Shown here: positions 17,165 to 26,988 of the stretch, in pieces
How positions within the stretch are numbered: position 1 is the first letter of the stretch
How the letters are laid out: the number at the start of each line of letters is the position of its first letter
Origin: a virus
Length of the DNA: 64,000 nucleotides
Reading direction: 5' to 3' (one strand)
Virus record (IMG/VR): IMGVR_UViG_3300029258_002996
Notes under the pieces: generated by a model
What the model was told of the DNA's origin: nothing
Database searches by the model: none
Seen by the model: only the letters and a program-made list of their open reading frames with translations
Made by a program: the position numbers and the translations under genes

Positions 17165-17283
17165 TTTTACCTCTTGACATCCAACAGCCGTTTGCTACAC
17201 TCCGCCTTGTCCGCTTCTCGTATTCCATCGAGAACTCCTTTCGAAACAGGGCCTCGACTTCAAACGGCGTCGAGGTCTGTCTT

Positions 17284-17724
17284 CTACTTAGCAGTCCTTT
17301 GATACGCTCCGCACCAGTCGTTACGTTGGGTCATCGGCCACAGGCTCTCGTGGGAGTTCATCACCTTCGGCGGCTCCTTCCGGCAGAACCCCTTCGGGGG
17401 GTTGTTCACCTTCCAGAAGTCGCAGCGCTCGCAGATCTGAGGTTCCGAAAGATCAAGACTCTGTTCTTTGGATTTCGATTTCCGAGATTTCTTCTTCGGG
17501 GCTGTAGGCGGTGACGGTTCCTCTGAAGTTTCCGGCATCGGGGTCGCCACGACCTCGGAGGAGGGCTCCGGGGGTTGAACCTCCGGAGGGCCGTTCGGTC
17601 CAGGGGGAGACTCAGTAGGCGCTCCCGGAGGGGGAGCCCCGATGTTCGGGATCCCCGCAGGCGGCGCTTCGACATTGCTCTCTGTTTGAGGCAATCCAGA
17701 AGGGGGAGGGGCAAAATCGTCCAT
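17284..17724 (-). CDS. Pro-rich protein with C-terminal Cys domain
   Basis: CERCDFW..GFCRKEPP..WP....WCG. Confidence 0.7.
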   Translation of the reverse strand: MDDFAPPPSGLPQTESNVEAPPAGIPNIGAPPPGAPTESPPGPNGPPEVQPPEPSSEVVATPMPETSEEPSPPTAPKKKSRKSKSKEQSLDLSEPQICERCDFWKVNNPPKGFCRKEPPKVMNSHESLWPMTQRNDWCGAYQRTAK

Positions 17725-17770
17725 GACTATTCTCCTTTCTTGTTACTGTATTTCTACCAGATTGAAGGTT

Positions 17771-17974
17771 TTAATCCGCAGGAATTTTTTCGTGAAAAGC
17801 TTTTCTAAGAAAATTCTCTCGGGTTTTTTGAGAAAAATCTTCGAGCCAACCCGTAACTTTTACCCGAGCTTCGAAGATCTCTTCCTCAAGGTCCACCTCC
17901 ATCCGCTCGGCAAGCGAACGCTTCGCCAGCTTCTTGAGCTGTTTTTTGGTGAATGCTTTCCTCGGACGTCCCAT
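17771..17974 (-). CDS. Hypothetical protein
   Basis: Short basic ORF. Confidence 0.45.
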   Translation of the reverse strand: MGRPRKAFTKKQLKKLAKRSLAERMEVDLEEEIFEARVKVTGWLEDFSQKTRENFLRKAFHEKIPAD

Positions 17975-18084
17975 CCAGGAACAATACTAGTCGACGAGCT
18001 TTTTGTAAACTTTTCTGTAGGCGGTCATCAGTCTTTCGAGGCTTCTCTTGTTCGATGAAAAGACCGAACAATCCCCGACAGAGT

Positions 18085-18324
18085 CTACCATTGAGCAGTT
18101 ACGGCACTCGTATAAATAACAAAGAGCCCCGGCTTTTGAATCAAGATCGGATTTTTGATCTTCTTCTGCTCGATTTCGTTGTCTACTTGAGCAATCATGA
18201 ATGCTAGGCCATACGCCAGCATAAGGACCTTGTTTTCAAATGTCGCAAGGTATCTGGTTTGAGATGCCACTCCCCTTTTACGAATAATTTTTTTAAAAGG
18301 TTCCCACTCTTTGTTCAAATACAT
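18085..18324 (-). CDS. Hypothetical protein
   Basis: AGGAG RBS. Confidence 0.5.
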   Translation of the reverse strand: MYLNKEWEPFKKIIRKRGVASQTRYLATFENKVLMLAYGLAFMIAQVDNEIEQKKIKNPILIQKPGLFVIYTSAVTAQW

Positions 18325-18327
18325 CGA

Positions 18328-18510
18328 TCACTCCTTTTGATTTTCCCGTTCTCGAATCTCTTGCAACGTCTCCATTCTCCCACAGAGGCAGACCACCCTG
18401 AATTGGGTGACGGGGCAATGATGGAGCTTGCCGCAGTCGCACCTTATAATTACCAGATTCCGATCTTTCAGCTTCTTGATTTCCATCGAGGCTTCGCGCA
18501 CAAGTTCCAC
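18328..18510 (-). CDS. Small Zn-ribbon protein
   Basis: CDCG...CLCG; AGGAG RBS. Confidence 0.55.
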   Translation of the reverse strand: MELVREASMEIKKLKDRNLVIIRCDCGKLHHCPVTQFRVVCLCGRMETLQEIRERENQKE

Positions 18511-18581
18511 GACGTACTCCTATGTATTGTTACAATATTATTCTAAGAGAGTACGATTCGGTTTCTTAAAAACCTTTAAAA

Positions 18582-19190
18582 TTAAGCTTCCGGTTTTCCT
18601 GCCGGGACTGAATCGACGTGCGGTGTCGCATACCAAAGTGCTTTGCGCCCCTTCGCCCCCTCGACTTTCAAAGCCCAGGAAAACTTCTTGAGGATCCGTC
18701 GAACCGCCCCGACGTAACCATCCGTCAACTTCGGAATCACTTTCGCCTTCGCAGCCGCCTCGGCCACTTCTTCCACGTTCATACCGGTCTCATTCATCCC
18801 GGGAGCAGACAGAATCTCCTGGACAAACCGCGCCAAATCGGCGGACTTGACTCGGGAAGATTTCGAAGAAGCTTTCTTCTCGGTCTTTTTCTTGGGTTTT
18901 TGAGCTGTTTTTTCAACGGATTTCTTTTGTGTCTTTTTCGATTTTTTCGCCTTTCTTGGTTTCGAAGGCTCGTCAGTTTTTACTTTCTTCTTCTTCGGCC
19001 TTCCTGACTTCTTTGGATCTGGCGGTTGAGGTATCGGCAAAGCGATGGAACTGCTTTTCACCAAGTTCACGACTTCCTGAGTGATCTCCGTTTTCTTTCG
19101 GATGGCTTCTTCGATCACTGCAAGAACACGTTGCCCCACCTCCACTTCCTGCGCATACAAATCCCTTATCTGCGACAAAATTTCAGTCAT
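18582..19190 (-). CDS. Lys-rich (histone H1-like) protein with C-terminal winged helix
   Basis: K-rich linker; GMNVEEVAEAA...VRRILKK...LW. Confidence 0.7.
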   Translation of the reverse strand: MTEILSQIRDLYAQEVEVGQRVLAVIEEAIRKKTEITQEVVNLVKSSSIALPIPQPPDPKKSGRPKKKKVKTDEPSKPRKAKKSKKTQKKSVEKTAQKPKKKTEKKASSKSSRVKSADLARFVQEILSAPGMNETGMNVEEVAEAAAKAKVIPKLTDGYVGAVRRILKKFSWALKVEGAKGRKALWYATPHVDSVPAGKPEA

Positions 19191-19204
19191 GTCGGTCTCC
19201 TTCG

Positions 19205-19519
19205 TTACTTTGATTTTTTCCTAAAATCTCCCGAGCAACAGATAGCCTGCACTATCCAATACTCGGGACTTTTCCCATACTCCTCTTTACTATACCGAGA
19301 ACAGTCGATTGAGGCACACGCCTCAAAGATCGCTCTCGCGCTCCGGCCACGGATGACCCAAGTATTTCCGCAACCGTCTTCGAACGTGCAGCTCTCATAG
19401 TGCTTCACGTCCAGGCGAACGCCAAAGTAAAAAAGCGCGATGACGAACGCCGCCAAGAAAATCGCCAGCGCCCAGCTCCGCAGGGATCCCGCGTGAAACC
19501 CCAAGCGCATCAGCAACAT
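19205..19519 (-). CDS. Membrane-anchored hypothetical protein
   Basis: TM segment WALAIFLAAFVIALFYFGV. Confidence 0.55.
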   Translation of the reverse strand: MLLMRLGFHAGSLRSWALAIFLAAFVIALFYFGVRLDVKHYESCTFEDGCGNTWVIRGRSARAIFEACASIDCSRYSKEEYGKSPEYWIVQAICCSGDFRKKSK

Positions 19520-19525
19520 CTCGGA

Positions 19526-19554
19526 GATATAGCATAGACCAACATGAAGATCAA
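19526..19554 (-). promoter_or_regulatory. sigma70-like promoter (phage motif variant)
   Basis: TTGATC-N17 (ending TCTATGC)-TATATC. Confidence 0.55.
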
Positions 19555-19611
19555 CATAGATTTTGATCGACCTAAATGCAAGTTTTTCGACACCTTTCAG
19601 AAAAGCTCGGT

Positions 19612-19824
19612 TTAAGTTTTCTTTTTATTTCTAAGCCTTTTCGCAATGATTACCTTCGTGTCTTCATCTGGATTCTCCTCCTTGAGCTTCTTCAACTCTC
19701 GATAACCCCGCTCCACTTCTCGGTAGAACTTCTCTTTTTTCCCGATGTATCGTTCGGTTAAAAGACCTGCGAGAAACCCGATAAAACCGGCAATGACCCA
19801 TCCTGAAATAGTCCACTCCAACAT
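19612..19824 (-). CDS. Small membrane protein
   Basis: N-terminal TM helix. Confidence 0.55.
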   Translation of the reverse strand: MLEWTISGWVIAGFIGFLAGLLTERYIGKKEKFYREVERGYRELKKLKEENPDEDTKVIIAKRLRNKKKT

Positions 19825-19913
19825 CTGCTCCGTTGTCCTCCGATTGCATTGCTTCCCTATTATAACAAGTATGTTTTCGGAAATGAAAAGCGGTTTAAAA
19901 TACGTCTAAATCT

Positions 19914-20219
19914 TTATTTCAAATTTAAACCGAGGGATCTGGCTTCCGACTGAAGCTGGCGCAAGCGTGTGAACAGGTTCAGCCTCGCCCAGCCTAAACA
20001 CTCAGCTCGGCTGAGGAAGTACAGCTCGTGGGGAATCATGCGATTCTCCACTTCACCGTTGACGAGCTTGTGAATGACGACTTTCTCATGGGTCGTTCCG
20101 GGATAGAGGATCGCCTCCACCTTGGCATGGGTAATCCGGGCCGGAGGATCACTCTCGTACTTAGGATACTCGACGTAGTGAACCGTATCCCCCCGGTGAA
20201 CCCCTCCCGGGTCCATCAA
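19914..20219 (-). CDS. Hypothetical protein
   Basis: 101-aa ORF. Confidence 0.55.
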   Translation of the reverse strand: MMDPGGVHRGDTVHYVEYPKYESDPPARITHAKVEAILYPGTTHEKVVIHKLVNGEVENRMIPHELYFLSRAECLGWARLNLFTRLRQLQSEARSLGLNLK

Positions 20220-20391
20220 GACTTTTCCGTGCGTAAGTAGATGGTCGTCACGGCCTCACCAAACTCGGTCTCCCTCTTTCGGACTCGAATCTCCATCAGC
20301 TCGCACATGAGCTTTCCCTTCTCCAACGGGACTTCGACTACCAACTCCCCATCGAGATTCCCTTCGAGAGCTTGGACAAGTTCTTGAGCTA

Positions 20392-20637
20392 TCATGCGAA
20401 CTCAATCTCCTCGAAAAAGCGGATCCGCTGACGCAAGCGAGCAATGTGATTTTGCTTGATCACTTCGGCAGCTTCCAGAGCCTCTTGCTTGGCGTAGAAC
20501 GCCTCGCAGCCTAGTACAAGATTTGTGGGGAGGAGAGGATTTTTTTGACGAAAAATCCCGTTCTCATCCACGACACCTTTCAACCTGATCACACCCTTCG
20601 TTAGGCAGTCCTTTACCGAATATACCGTTTTTACCAT
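20392..20637 (-). CDS. Hypothetical phage protein
   Basis: CLTKGV...EALEAAE pattern. Confidence 0.55.
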   Translation of the reverse strand: MVKTVYSVKDCLTKGVIRLKGVVDENGIFRQKNPLLPTNLVLGCEAFYAKQEALEAAEVIKQNHIARLRQRIRFFEEIEFA

Positions 20638-20697
20638 AACGCACCCCCGATCTTTTAGGACGGCTTGAGTATACCAAAAATTTTTGAAAAGAAAAGA

Positions 20698-21111
20698 TTA
20701 CTTCGTGTCCGGGACGATTTTCAAGTAGGGCGGTCGTTTCGGATCCGGCTTCTCCCACGTCGAGGGGGGCCTGAGCGGCATCGAGGGCGGCTGTGCGCGC
20801 GTCCAGAACCATCCGTCCCATCCGTTGTTCAGATGGGGCTCGGCGGCTCTGAGCTTGCCACCGGGGGCCATGATGAGCGTGATGTAGCCCACCTGGGTTC
20901 CCTGGTTGTTGGCGATGGGGTACTTGCCGGGCCGGGTCGGCATCTCACGCCTCCAGTGGCCGTTGAGGAAGAAAGCCCACGTCGCGGTGATCACGTCTCC
21001 GTACAGGACCTCGTCCCCACCCGTCTGCATGACCGCACCCATCAGCTCCGCCTTCTTGACGGCGTCTTCGTTGCGGTGACCGATCTTGCGAACTTCGATC
21101 TTCGGGGGCAT
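20698..21111 (-). CDS. Hypothetical protein
   Basis: GGAGGAG RBS before MPPKIEV. Confidence 0.65.
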   Translation of the reverse strand: MPPKIEVRKIGHRNEDAVKKAELMGAVMQTGGDEVLYGDVITATWAFFLNGHWRREMPTRPGKYPIANNQGTQVGYITLIMAPGGKLRAAEPHLNNGWDGWFWTRAQPPSMPLRPPSTWEKPDPKRPPYLKIVPDTK

Positions 21112-21112
21112 C

Positions 21113-21922
21113 CTACTCCTCCATTTCTTCCTCGACCGGTCGATTCTCGTCGATCCAGTCCAGGATGTGCAGATTCCAGGGGTCGTTGGCGTCCCCGAGG
21201 GCTGCGTTCGTCTGGTTGCGGAAGAAGGCTCCCACGTCCACGGAGGCGGGGAGCTGACGAGTCGGGACGAGTGTCTGTATCTGGCGCGTGAAGGCGTTGT
21301 GCAGGCCCCACAGGCTCCGGGGATGGACATCCTCGTACTCGTCGTCGAACCAGAGCTTCCCGGCCTCACGGACAGTCGCAGCGGGCAGCAGGTTGTTGAC
21401 GAGGGCGTTCCCGAGCACTGAGCAGGCATCCCCGTGGCTCAGCTCGACGGAGTTCTGCCGGTCGATGAGGAGCTGCTCGCCTTTGCAGACATCGATCACC
21501 TTGCCGGTCATCTCGTAGATCTCCTGCCCGATGTCGAAGCCCTTGGTGTGCTTCCTGACCTGGACCACGTCGCCGGTACACATCAGGTTGTCGCACACGA
21601 AGACGCGGGCTCCAGCCGAGAGCTTGCACGCGACCGAGGAGTCGATGGTGGAGATGATCCCCGCCGACCAGGTGCGCTCATCGTTCTCGCTGTCGGGCTC
21701 GAAGTCGAAGGTACCGATCAGCTTCGTCTTCGAGGGATTGACCGCGAAGCGATGGTCGGCAACCTCGTAGCCGTGCCGGTGGATCGCATTGATCACCGAG
21801 TCGACGATGGACGCGGGGTGAATCGGCTTGTGCCGAGGTCCGAGCGGCTCGGGCTCGGGAAACTTGCGCAGATCGTCGAGTGTGACCACCTGCGATTTTC
21901 CGGTACAGATATTGGAACTCAT
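21113..21922 (-). CDS. DUF932-family protein
   Basis: HKPIHP..., GARVFVCDNL, KHT, RSLWGLHNAFT. Confidence 0.85.
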   Translation of the reverse strand: MSSNICTGKSQVVTLDDLRKFPEPEPLGPRHKPIHPASIVDSVINAIHRHGYEVADHRFAVNPSKTKLIGTFDFEPDSENDERTWSAGIISTIDSSVACKLSAGARVFVCDNLMCTGDVVQVRKHTKGFDIGQEIYEMTGKVIDVCKGEQLLIDRQNSVELSHGDACSVLGNALVNNLLPAATVREAGKLWFDDEYEDVHPRSLWGLHNAFTRQIQTLVPTRQLPASVDVGAFFRNQTNAALGDANDPWNLHILDWIDENRPVEEEMEE

Positions 21923-22104
21923 TTGCCCTCCTTTGATTTTTCAATAATCTCGTAGCCGTCCATTGCATAGCATTCGAGATGATCGCTACACAGATACGCC
22001 CGTTTTACAAGCTTTTTCGTGTCAGGATCACGTATCACGACAAGTCGGACATCGTCAGTCAGATTGTCATGCTCTCCGTCCCGACACTCTGCACACTGCT
22101 TCAT
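21919..22104 (-). CDS. Small Zn-binding protein
   Basis: MKQCAEC...LCSDH; GGAGG RBS. Confidence 0.6.
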   Translation of the reverse strand: MKQCAECRDGEHDNLTDDVRLVVIRDPDTKKLVKRAYLCSDHLECYAMDGYEIIEKSKEGK

Positions 22105-22589
22105 TTGCCCTCCTTTTTTGTTTCGGATTTTTCCCCTCGCCTGCTCCATCCCAAAGCTGCCCGAGCACGACAAGAAGCACACCATTTTTCACTTTCTGCT
22201 TCACCCCATCGATAGAAGCAATCTACGTCGCTACGAAAGGAGCAAGGTTCTCCAGCACACAACTTCAGAACAGCTACGAGATCGGAGCCTCTCCTGATTA
22301 CGGAACCTTCCCCTTGATGATCGAGAGTAATGACATCGGTCTGAGGCGGTTCATGATCGGAGTCTACCGGCCCGCACGAAACGTACTCGGACCACAACTC
22401 GACTTTGCGTTGGTTACCGTCCTCGGAACGATAAACCTGGAGAATCAGCTCAGCGAACGAATCCGTGAGCCCCCTACCCGCGACCGCTTCTACGAACTCG
22501 ACCATCTTGGGATCAGCGAGGTGCTTCTTCACGTTTGGATGGTCCAAAGCGTTGAACAGCTCGTGGAGATTGATCTTCAAGATCACCAC
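22101..22589 (-). CDS. Hypothetical protein
   Basis: Operonic ORF. Confidence 0.6.
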   Translation of the reverse strand: MVILKINLHELFNALDHPNVKKHLADPKMVEFVEAVAGRGLTDSFAELILQVYRSEDGNQRKVELWSEYVSCGPVDSDHEPPQTDVITLDHQGEGSVIRRGSDLVAVLKLCAGEPCSFRSDVDCFYRWGEAESEKWCASCRARAALGWSRRGEKSETKKEGK

Positions 22590-22786
22590 TCACCTCGCTT
22601 GTGCTTCTCCGCCAGCTCGTAGAACCGCACCCACTTCTCCGGATACCTGCTCTTATAGAACGCGAGGATCCGGTCGGCCTTGGCCAGTTTCTCTTGCTCC
22701 TCGGGGCGGTACGTTTTCGAGAACATTCGCACGCAGATCTTCGAACTGAGGTGCTTCTCGATCTCCCGCATAATCGGGTCGTCCAT
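22583..22786 (-). CDS. Hypothetical protein
   Basis: Likely start MDDPIM; the upstream in-frame part is occupied by the tRNA-like RNA. Confidence 0.55.
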   Translation of the reverse strand: MDDPIMREIEKHLSSKICVRMFSKTYRPEEQEKLAKADRILAFYKSRYPEKWVRFYELAEKHKRGEW

Positions 22787-22812
22787 TAAAGCCTGAGTGA
22801 ACGGGTGTATCT

Positions 22813-22901
22813 TGGAGGCAACGGCAGGAATCGAACCTGCGCTCAACCCGGAACCACCCTGGCGGGGGCCGCTACCTGCGTCTTTTTTGTTCCGCGTTGC
22901 C
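22813..22901 (-). ncRNA. tRNA-like RNA with encoded CCA and aberrant D/anticodon arms
   Basis: Acceptor GGCAACG/CGTTGCC plus U-CCA; canonical T arm GCAGG-TTCGATT-CCTGC; starts about 10 nt downstream of a -10 box. Confidence 0.7.
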
Positions 22902-22910
22902 ATATCTAGT

Positions 22911-22940
22911 TATATAGCACAGAGTTCAGATTATTTGCAA
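22911..22940 (-). promoter_or_regulatory. sigma70-like promoter (phage motif)
   Basis: TTGCAA-N18 (ending CTCTGTGC)-TATATA. Confidence 0.7.
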
Positions 22941-23000
22941 GAGAAAAGTTACGGATAAACTAAAGCTAGAGATTTCGGGAGGTTAGGTGAGGGAGATTTT

Positions 23001-24050
23001 CTATTCAGCCAAGAAATCCTCGGCTACCTCATCCCAATAAACCTCACCTAAAGCACCGTTGAGAAGTTCCGAGAAGGGTGACATCAGGTCGACACCCTCC
23101 AACATCTCCTCGAAATAAGTTTTCATGAGGTCGGCCAACCCGAACTTCACGGATTCTTCGGGAGTCCATACCTCGGACGGAGCACCTCCCTCGGATTTGA
23201 GATCCTCCACCTGCTCTGTCCAGTACTCGTACTCGCCTCGATCATTGTTGATGTACAAGGCGACTGCCCAGGTTTCGTAGTTCTTGTAGCCTTCGTGAGT
23301 TCCTGCCTGAGCCTGCTTCTGCATTGCGCTGGCGATTCTGGCAACGCTCGAACCTTCGAGACCTTTTTGAACTCTTCCGGATCCGTCAAACTTCAGTTCA
23401 CTTTTCATTTTCGACTCCACTCCCGGCATTCCCGTTTGCCGAGGATCAACCGGCTCGGGGCCGGGCTCTTCTTCGTCTCGTTCGAGATACCCGAGCGCAT
23501 CGAGAGCCTCTCGAATCTCTTCTTCCGGTACCCAAGCAACCCCCGTTTCATCGGGTTCCAAAGCCGTTTGATTGTTTTCCCACAACCAACTGAAAACTTG
23601 CTTCGCCCAGTCTTCAGGAGCATCTTCCCGTACCGATCCCCATCCTTCTTGATCTATGTTGTCGATAGTCTCTTCGTACTCTCGGCGAGAGACTTCTTCG
23701 TCATCCAGGACAGGGTAATCCATGAGAGCGCCCATGAAGCCTTGAAGCTCTTCGCCCGCAGGCGTCAAGCTGCCGTCAGGTTCCAAGACTTTGACCGCGC
23801 GCTCGCCTCCACGAGCGCGAACGACTTGATCCGGGTATTTCTCAAGAGCTTCCAGAACGACTTCCATGTTGGATATGTCACGATGCGTCATCATCCCTTT
23901 TTGGGTGCCTTCGAGCATTGCCCATTGATCTTCTTCCCCTTCAGGAATATCAGTATAATGCAACTGAAATCGAGCAGCAGATTCGTCTCCGTACAAGCCA
24001 GCATCGTTAACGTCTTGACGGAATCTGGTAATTTCTTTGTAGAGATCCAT
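23001..24050 (-). CDS. Acidic multi-module protein (putative virion cargo)
   Basis: A DYPVLDDEEVSRREYE module, then linker QKQAQ, then a GYKNYETWAVALYINND...VYWDEVAE module. Confidence 0.75.
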   Translation of the reverse strand: MDLYKEITRFRQDVNDAGLYGDESAARFQLHYTDIPEGEEDQWAMLEGTQKGMMTHRDISNMEVVLEALEKYPDQVVRARGGERAVKVLEPDGSLTPAGEELQGFMGALMDYPVLDDEEVSRREYEETIDNIDQEGWGSVREDAPEDWAKQVFSWLWENNQTALEPDETGVAWVPEEEIREALDALGYLERDEEEPGPEPVDPRQTGMPGVESKMKSELKFDGSGRVQKGLEGSSVARIASAMQKQAQAGTHEGYKNYETWAVALYINNDRGEYEYWTEQVEDLKSEGGAPSEVWTPEESVKFGLADLMKTYFEEMLEGVDLMSPFSELLNGALGEVYWDEVAEDFLAE

Positions 24051-25294
24051 TACAAAATCCCCTTCTTTCTCGCTTCGGCCAGCACGCGCTCACCGATGTC
24101 GCGAGGATAGAGTTCTCCGATGTTGAGAATCACATCGATGGTTCCGTAGCCACAGTCGACCATAGCTTGGATCGACTGCATGATCTCGCCGTAACCATCC
24201 TCTCCGATGCGCAGGAGGGCCTCCTCTTCCTTCGGAGTCTGCACCCGGTCACCCTCACCCATCCAAGGCGAGATGTCCATGTGGGAGGCTTCGCGGGGCT
24301 TCTCGGTGGAACGCCCCGGATATCGCTTTGCCTTACCAGGTCCCATGTCGATCCAAGTATCAATCAGCTTTCGCCACTTCTCATCCTCGATCATACTCGT
24401 TCTGGAGCGTTGATCAAGGTTTGTCATGTCCTGGCTTTGACCGAAGGACGGAACGACAGGGGGAGGGTCCTCGGGGGCACCGGGCTCCTGTTCCCAAATG
24501 CCAGATTCTTCCTTGTTGAAGCTCAGGTCCGGTCCTTTGGTCTTCAGCTCCTGATTGGGCTCGTGACTCGGATCAAAACGACGAGGCTTGCCCTCGGGAA
24601 CTCGGATCCAATCGTCCTCTCGGTTGCGCTCCCATTCATTCAGATCAGGCCAATCCTCCCGCTTCTGAGTCGTGTCGCGGCCCAGCTCGAAGTAGGGATC
24701 CGCCAGATCAGCCCATCCCGCCGATCTCCGTCCTCCTTTGGACTTGATCGCTTCTTCCTGCTGTCTCGCGGCTTCCTCGCTCGGATGCCTCCCAAGCAAC
24801 TTCTTTCCATCGTGCGTGTAGAGCCCCCAGACCTGCTCCTTGGCAGGCTTCGAAGAGTCTTTGTCCTCTTCCTTGAGCTTCTTGATCACGGCGCTACGAG
24901 CCGCCGTAGCACCCTCAGCGGGCTGCACGGAGTACTCGGTCTGGATGGACATGTCGTCGACTGAGGTGACGCCCTCGGGGACTTGCGCGCCCTGTTGATC
25001 CGCAGGCATCAACACAGTGTTCCCCTTTTCGGGCTCGTTCTCTACGACAAGGAACTCCTTCCCGGTGTTGTCGTAGAGAGGTTGGCCGACTTGGAGCTGG
25101 GACGGGTCCATTACGGAAGTGGTTAACTCCTGAGAATAACGGTGGAATATCTCCGATAGCGCCGCCGTGGACCGTCGAGGTCGCCTTCGAATCCGGGAAG
25201 CCGTGCGAGATGGTTGTGAATAAAGCTCCATGTGATTCAATCCTGGAGCACAGTTTATTACACGGCGGTTGGGATTCTTAAAATTGGTGTTCAA
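24050..25294 (-). CDS. Multi-module protein (putative head-associated)
   Basis: WGLYTHDGKKLLGRHPSEEAARQQEEAI mini-domain; RRSTAA and RRSAG linkers. Confidence 0.7.
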   Translation of the reverse strand: MNTNFKNPNRRVINCAPGLNHMELYSQPSRTASRIRRRPRRSTAALSEIFHRYSQELTTSVMDPSQLQVGQPLYDNTGKEFLVVENEPEKGNTVLMPADQQGAQVPEGVTSVDDMSIQTEYSVQPAEGATAARSAVIKKLKEEDKDSSKPAKEQVWGLYTHDGKKLLGRHPSEEAARQQEEAIKSKGGRRSAGWADLADPYFELGRDTTQKREDWPDLNEWERNREDDWIRVPEGKPRRFDPSHEPNQELKTKGPDLSFNKEESGIWEQEPGAPEDPPPVVPSFGQSQDMTNLDQRSRTSMIEDEKWRKLIDTWIDMGPGKAKRYPGRSTEKPREASHMDISPWMGEGDRVQTPKEEEALLRIGEDGYGEIMQSIQAMVDCGYGTIDVILNIGELYPRDIGERVLAEARKKGIL

Positions 25295-26091
25295 ATTTCG
25301 TCAATCCGGGCTCCGAGGAATCTTGCAATGCCTCTGATATGCTTGTCGTACTTCCGAGATTTCTCTGAGGATGGGTCCGTGGTCGGCCAGAGCTTCCAGG
25401 GACGTTGACGTGCTTTCGGAAATTGGATCGCTCGATTCGCCATCTCATGCACCCCCTTGTGGACCCCGGGATTGAGGGAAAGGATGTCGTCCAGATTCTG
25501 CAAAGTCTTTTTTGCCGATCTGCGCACCTGGAGCGGTCCCGCATCGAACCTCCATCTCTTTGATACTTTTTGGATTTTGACAATAATCTTTCGTATCTCT
25601 TTCTTTGAATAGGACATTTTGTACTTTTTCACAGCACCTACGTGCCATCCAAATATTCGAGAATCTTTGTCGAGAGCGCACATGTCGAAGCCACCTTCTT
25701 TGTGGACGGTTGCTAGAACTCCCCACGGATTGATCTTCACGCCGAACTCCTCTTTTGCCGAATCGACGGCGTCCAAAACCGCAGTGGCCCACTCGCCCGC
25801 TCGCTCCTCACGTTCATCTTCCAACACACGCTTACCGCACTCAAACCAATAGGGCTTTCTGTAGCGCTCCCCTTTTTGTTTTTCGACTTTCACACTTCTC
25901 GACTTCAGGATCCCGGCAACAAAACGATCATACAGCGTTGGCTCCGGTTCGATGGTTTTAGATTCTTCGGATGTCTTGTCGACGGAAGTGATCAACTCCG
26001 GGGACGCGGAAGCCTCCTCCAAGTCATTTGCCTGAGCGCCGATGCAGACGGCAATCGAAAGTAGGAAAAAAAGGAATAACAATCGTTTCAT
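25291..26091 (-). CDS. Secreted lysozyme-like/SLT-fold protein
   Basis: Signal peptide; VLATVHKEGGF (catalytic Glu context); DAGPLQV. Confidence 0.6.
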   Translation of the reverse strand: MKRLLFLFFLLSIAVCIGAQANDLEEASASPELITSVDKTSEESKTIEPEPTLYDRFVAGILKSRSVKVEKQKGERYRKPYWFECGKRVLEDEREERAGEWATAVLDAVDSAKEEFGVKINPWGVLATVHKEGGFDMCALDKDSRIFGWHVGAVKKYKMSYSKKEIRKIIVKIQKVSKRWRFDAGPLQVRRSAKKTLQNLDDILSLNPGVHKGVHEMANRAIQFPKARQRPWKLWPTTDPSSEKSRKYDKHIRGIARFLGARIDEI

Positions 26092-26180
26092 GGTTCTCTC
26101 CTTCGTTTGTTGAATCAGACGCTGATGTTATCGCGAGACTGTTTGGGAATCCTTAAATACAGTAGGACTGTAGAATACCC

Positions 26181-26894
26181 TCATAAACCAAAAGTTTCGA
26201 TAGGTTCTTTTGGGTTGCTGTTGTCGATCCAGTAAAATTTCGTAGGCGCTTGACCTCCATTATGCTTGCGATAGAGCACATCGAGACTGTCACCGAGCCA
26301 GTAGAACATGCAGTACTCGGAATAATCGGTACCGCCACCGACCGACTCGTCGAGGTGTTCAAAAGAGACTCTTCGGACGAATACTCCGATCTCCACCGGG
26401 GGGCGCGACTTGAACAGAGCCACACGTCCTTTCGAAGCACAGAACTGGATCCGCAGGAGAAGTCCCAGCACACCCCACGGGTTGAGCAGCTCCAGAGAGC
26501 GATTGATAAATTTCTCCGCGAGACTGTACGGAGGGTTCGTGATTATCAGATGGAAACCTCCGTCCTCCTTCACCGATTCGAAGTACCGATTGTCCGAGAA
26601 GTAGTTGAGGCCGTGAATCTTGGAGAAGTTCCCGCTCTTCACCATGTCCGCAGTGAGCTTCGGATCGAGAGTCGCCGAGGAGGTCTCCTTTTCGATAGCA
26701 AGGACGTTACACCCTCGCTCATACGCGGCGTGAGAGAACGGCGCGTAGGGGCCGCAGCCTGGCTCCAAAAAGAGGATGTCGTCCGACCGCTTGGGTGGGT
26801 TCAGGATCTGGAGACCGCGCTCTACGGCGTAGTCTGCGAAGCGGTACGGGGTGATGTAGTCGTCGCGTCCGCTCTTCGATGGATCTCGTGCCAT
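26181..26894 (-). CDS. DNA amino-methyltransferase (N6A/N4C)
   Basis: YITP, FLEPGCG (motif I), IITNPPY (motif IV). Confidence 0.85.
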   Translation of the reverse strand: MARDPSKSGRDDYITPYRFADYAVERGLQILNPPKRSDDILFLEPGCGPYAPFSHAAYERGCNVLAIEKETSSATLDPKLTADMVKSGNFSKIHGLNYFSDNRYFESVKEDGGFHLIITNPPYSLAEKFINRSLELLNPWGVLGLLLRIQFCASKGRVALFKSRPPVEIGVFVRRVSFEHLDESVGGGTDYSEYCMFYWLGDSLDVLYRKHNGGQAPTKFYWIDNSNPKEPIETFGL

Positions 26895-26927
26895 ATTGCC
26901 TCCTTCCTTATACATTACCAAATTGAG

Positions 26928-26976
26928 AATAAAGGAACCCCCCAAAAGGAGGGCGGTCCGGATATGGGGGATTCCT
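26928..26976 (-). terminator. Probable intrinsic terminator
   Basis: GGAATCCCCCA...TGGGGGGTTCC followed by TTTATT, just after the stop at 26989. Confidence 0.5.
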
Positions 26977-26988
26977 AGTTAAGGAAGG

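Noticed and set aside
22787-22903. N-terminal 39 codons of ORF 22583-22903
   Set aside because: They coincide with the tRNA-like RNA; a downstream ATG is the more plausible start.
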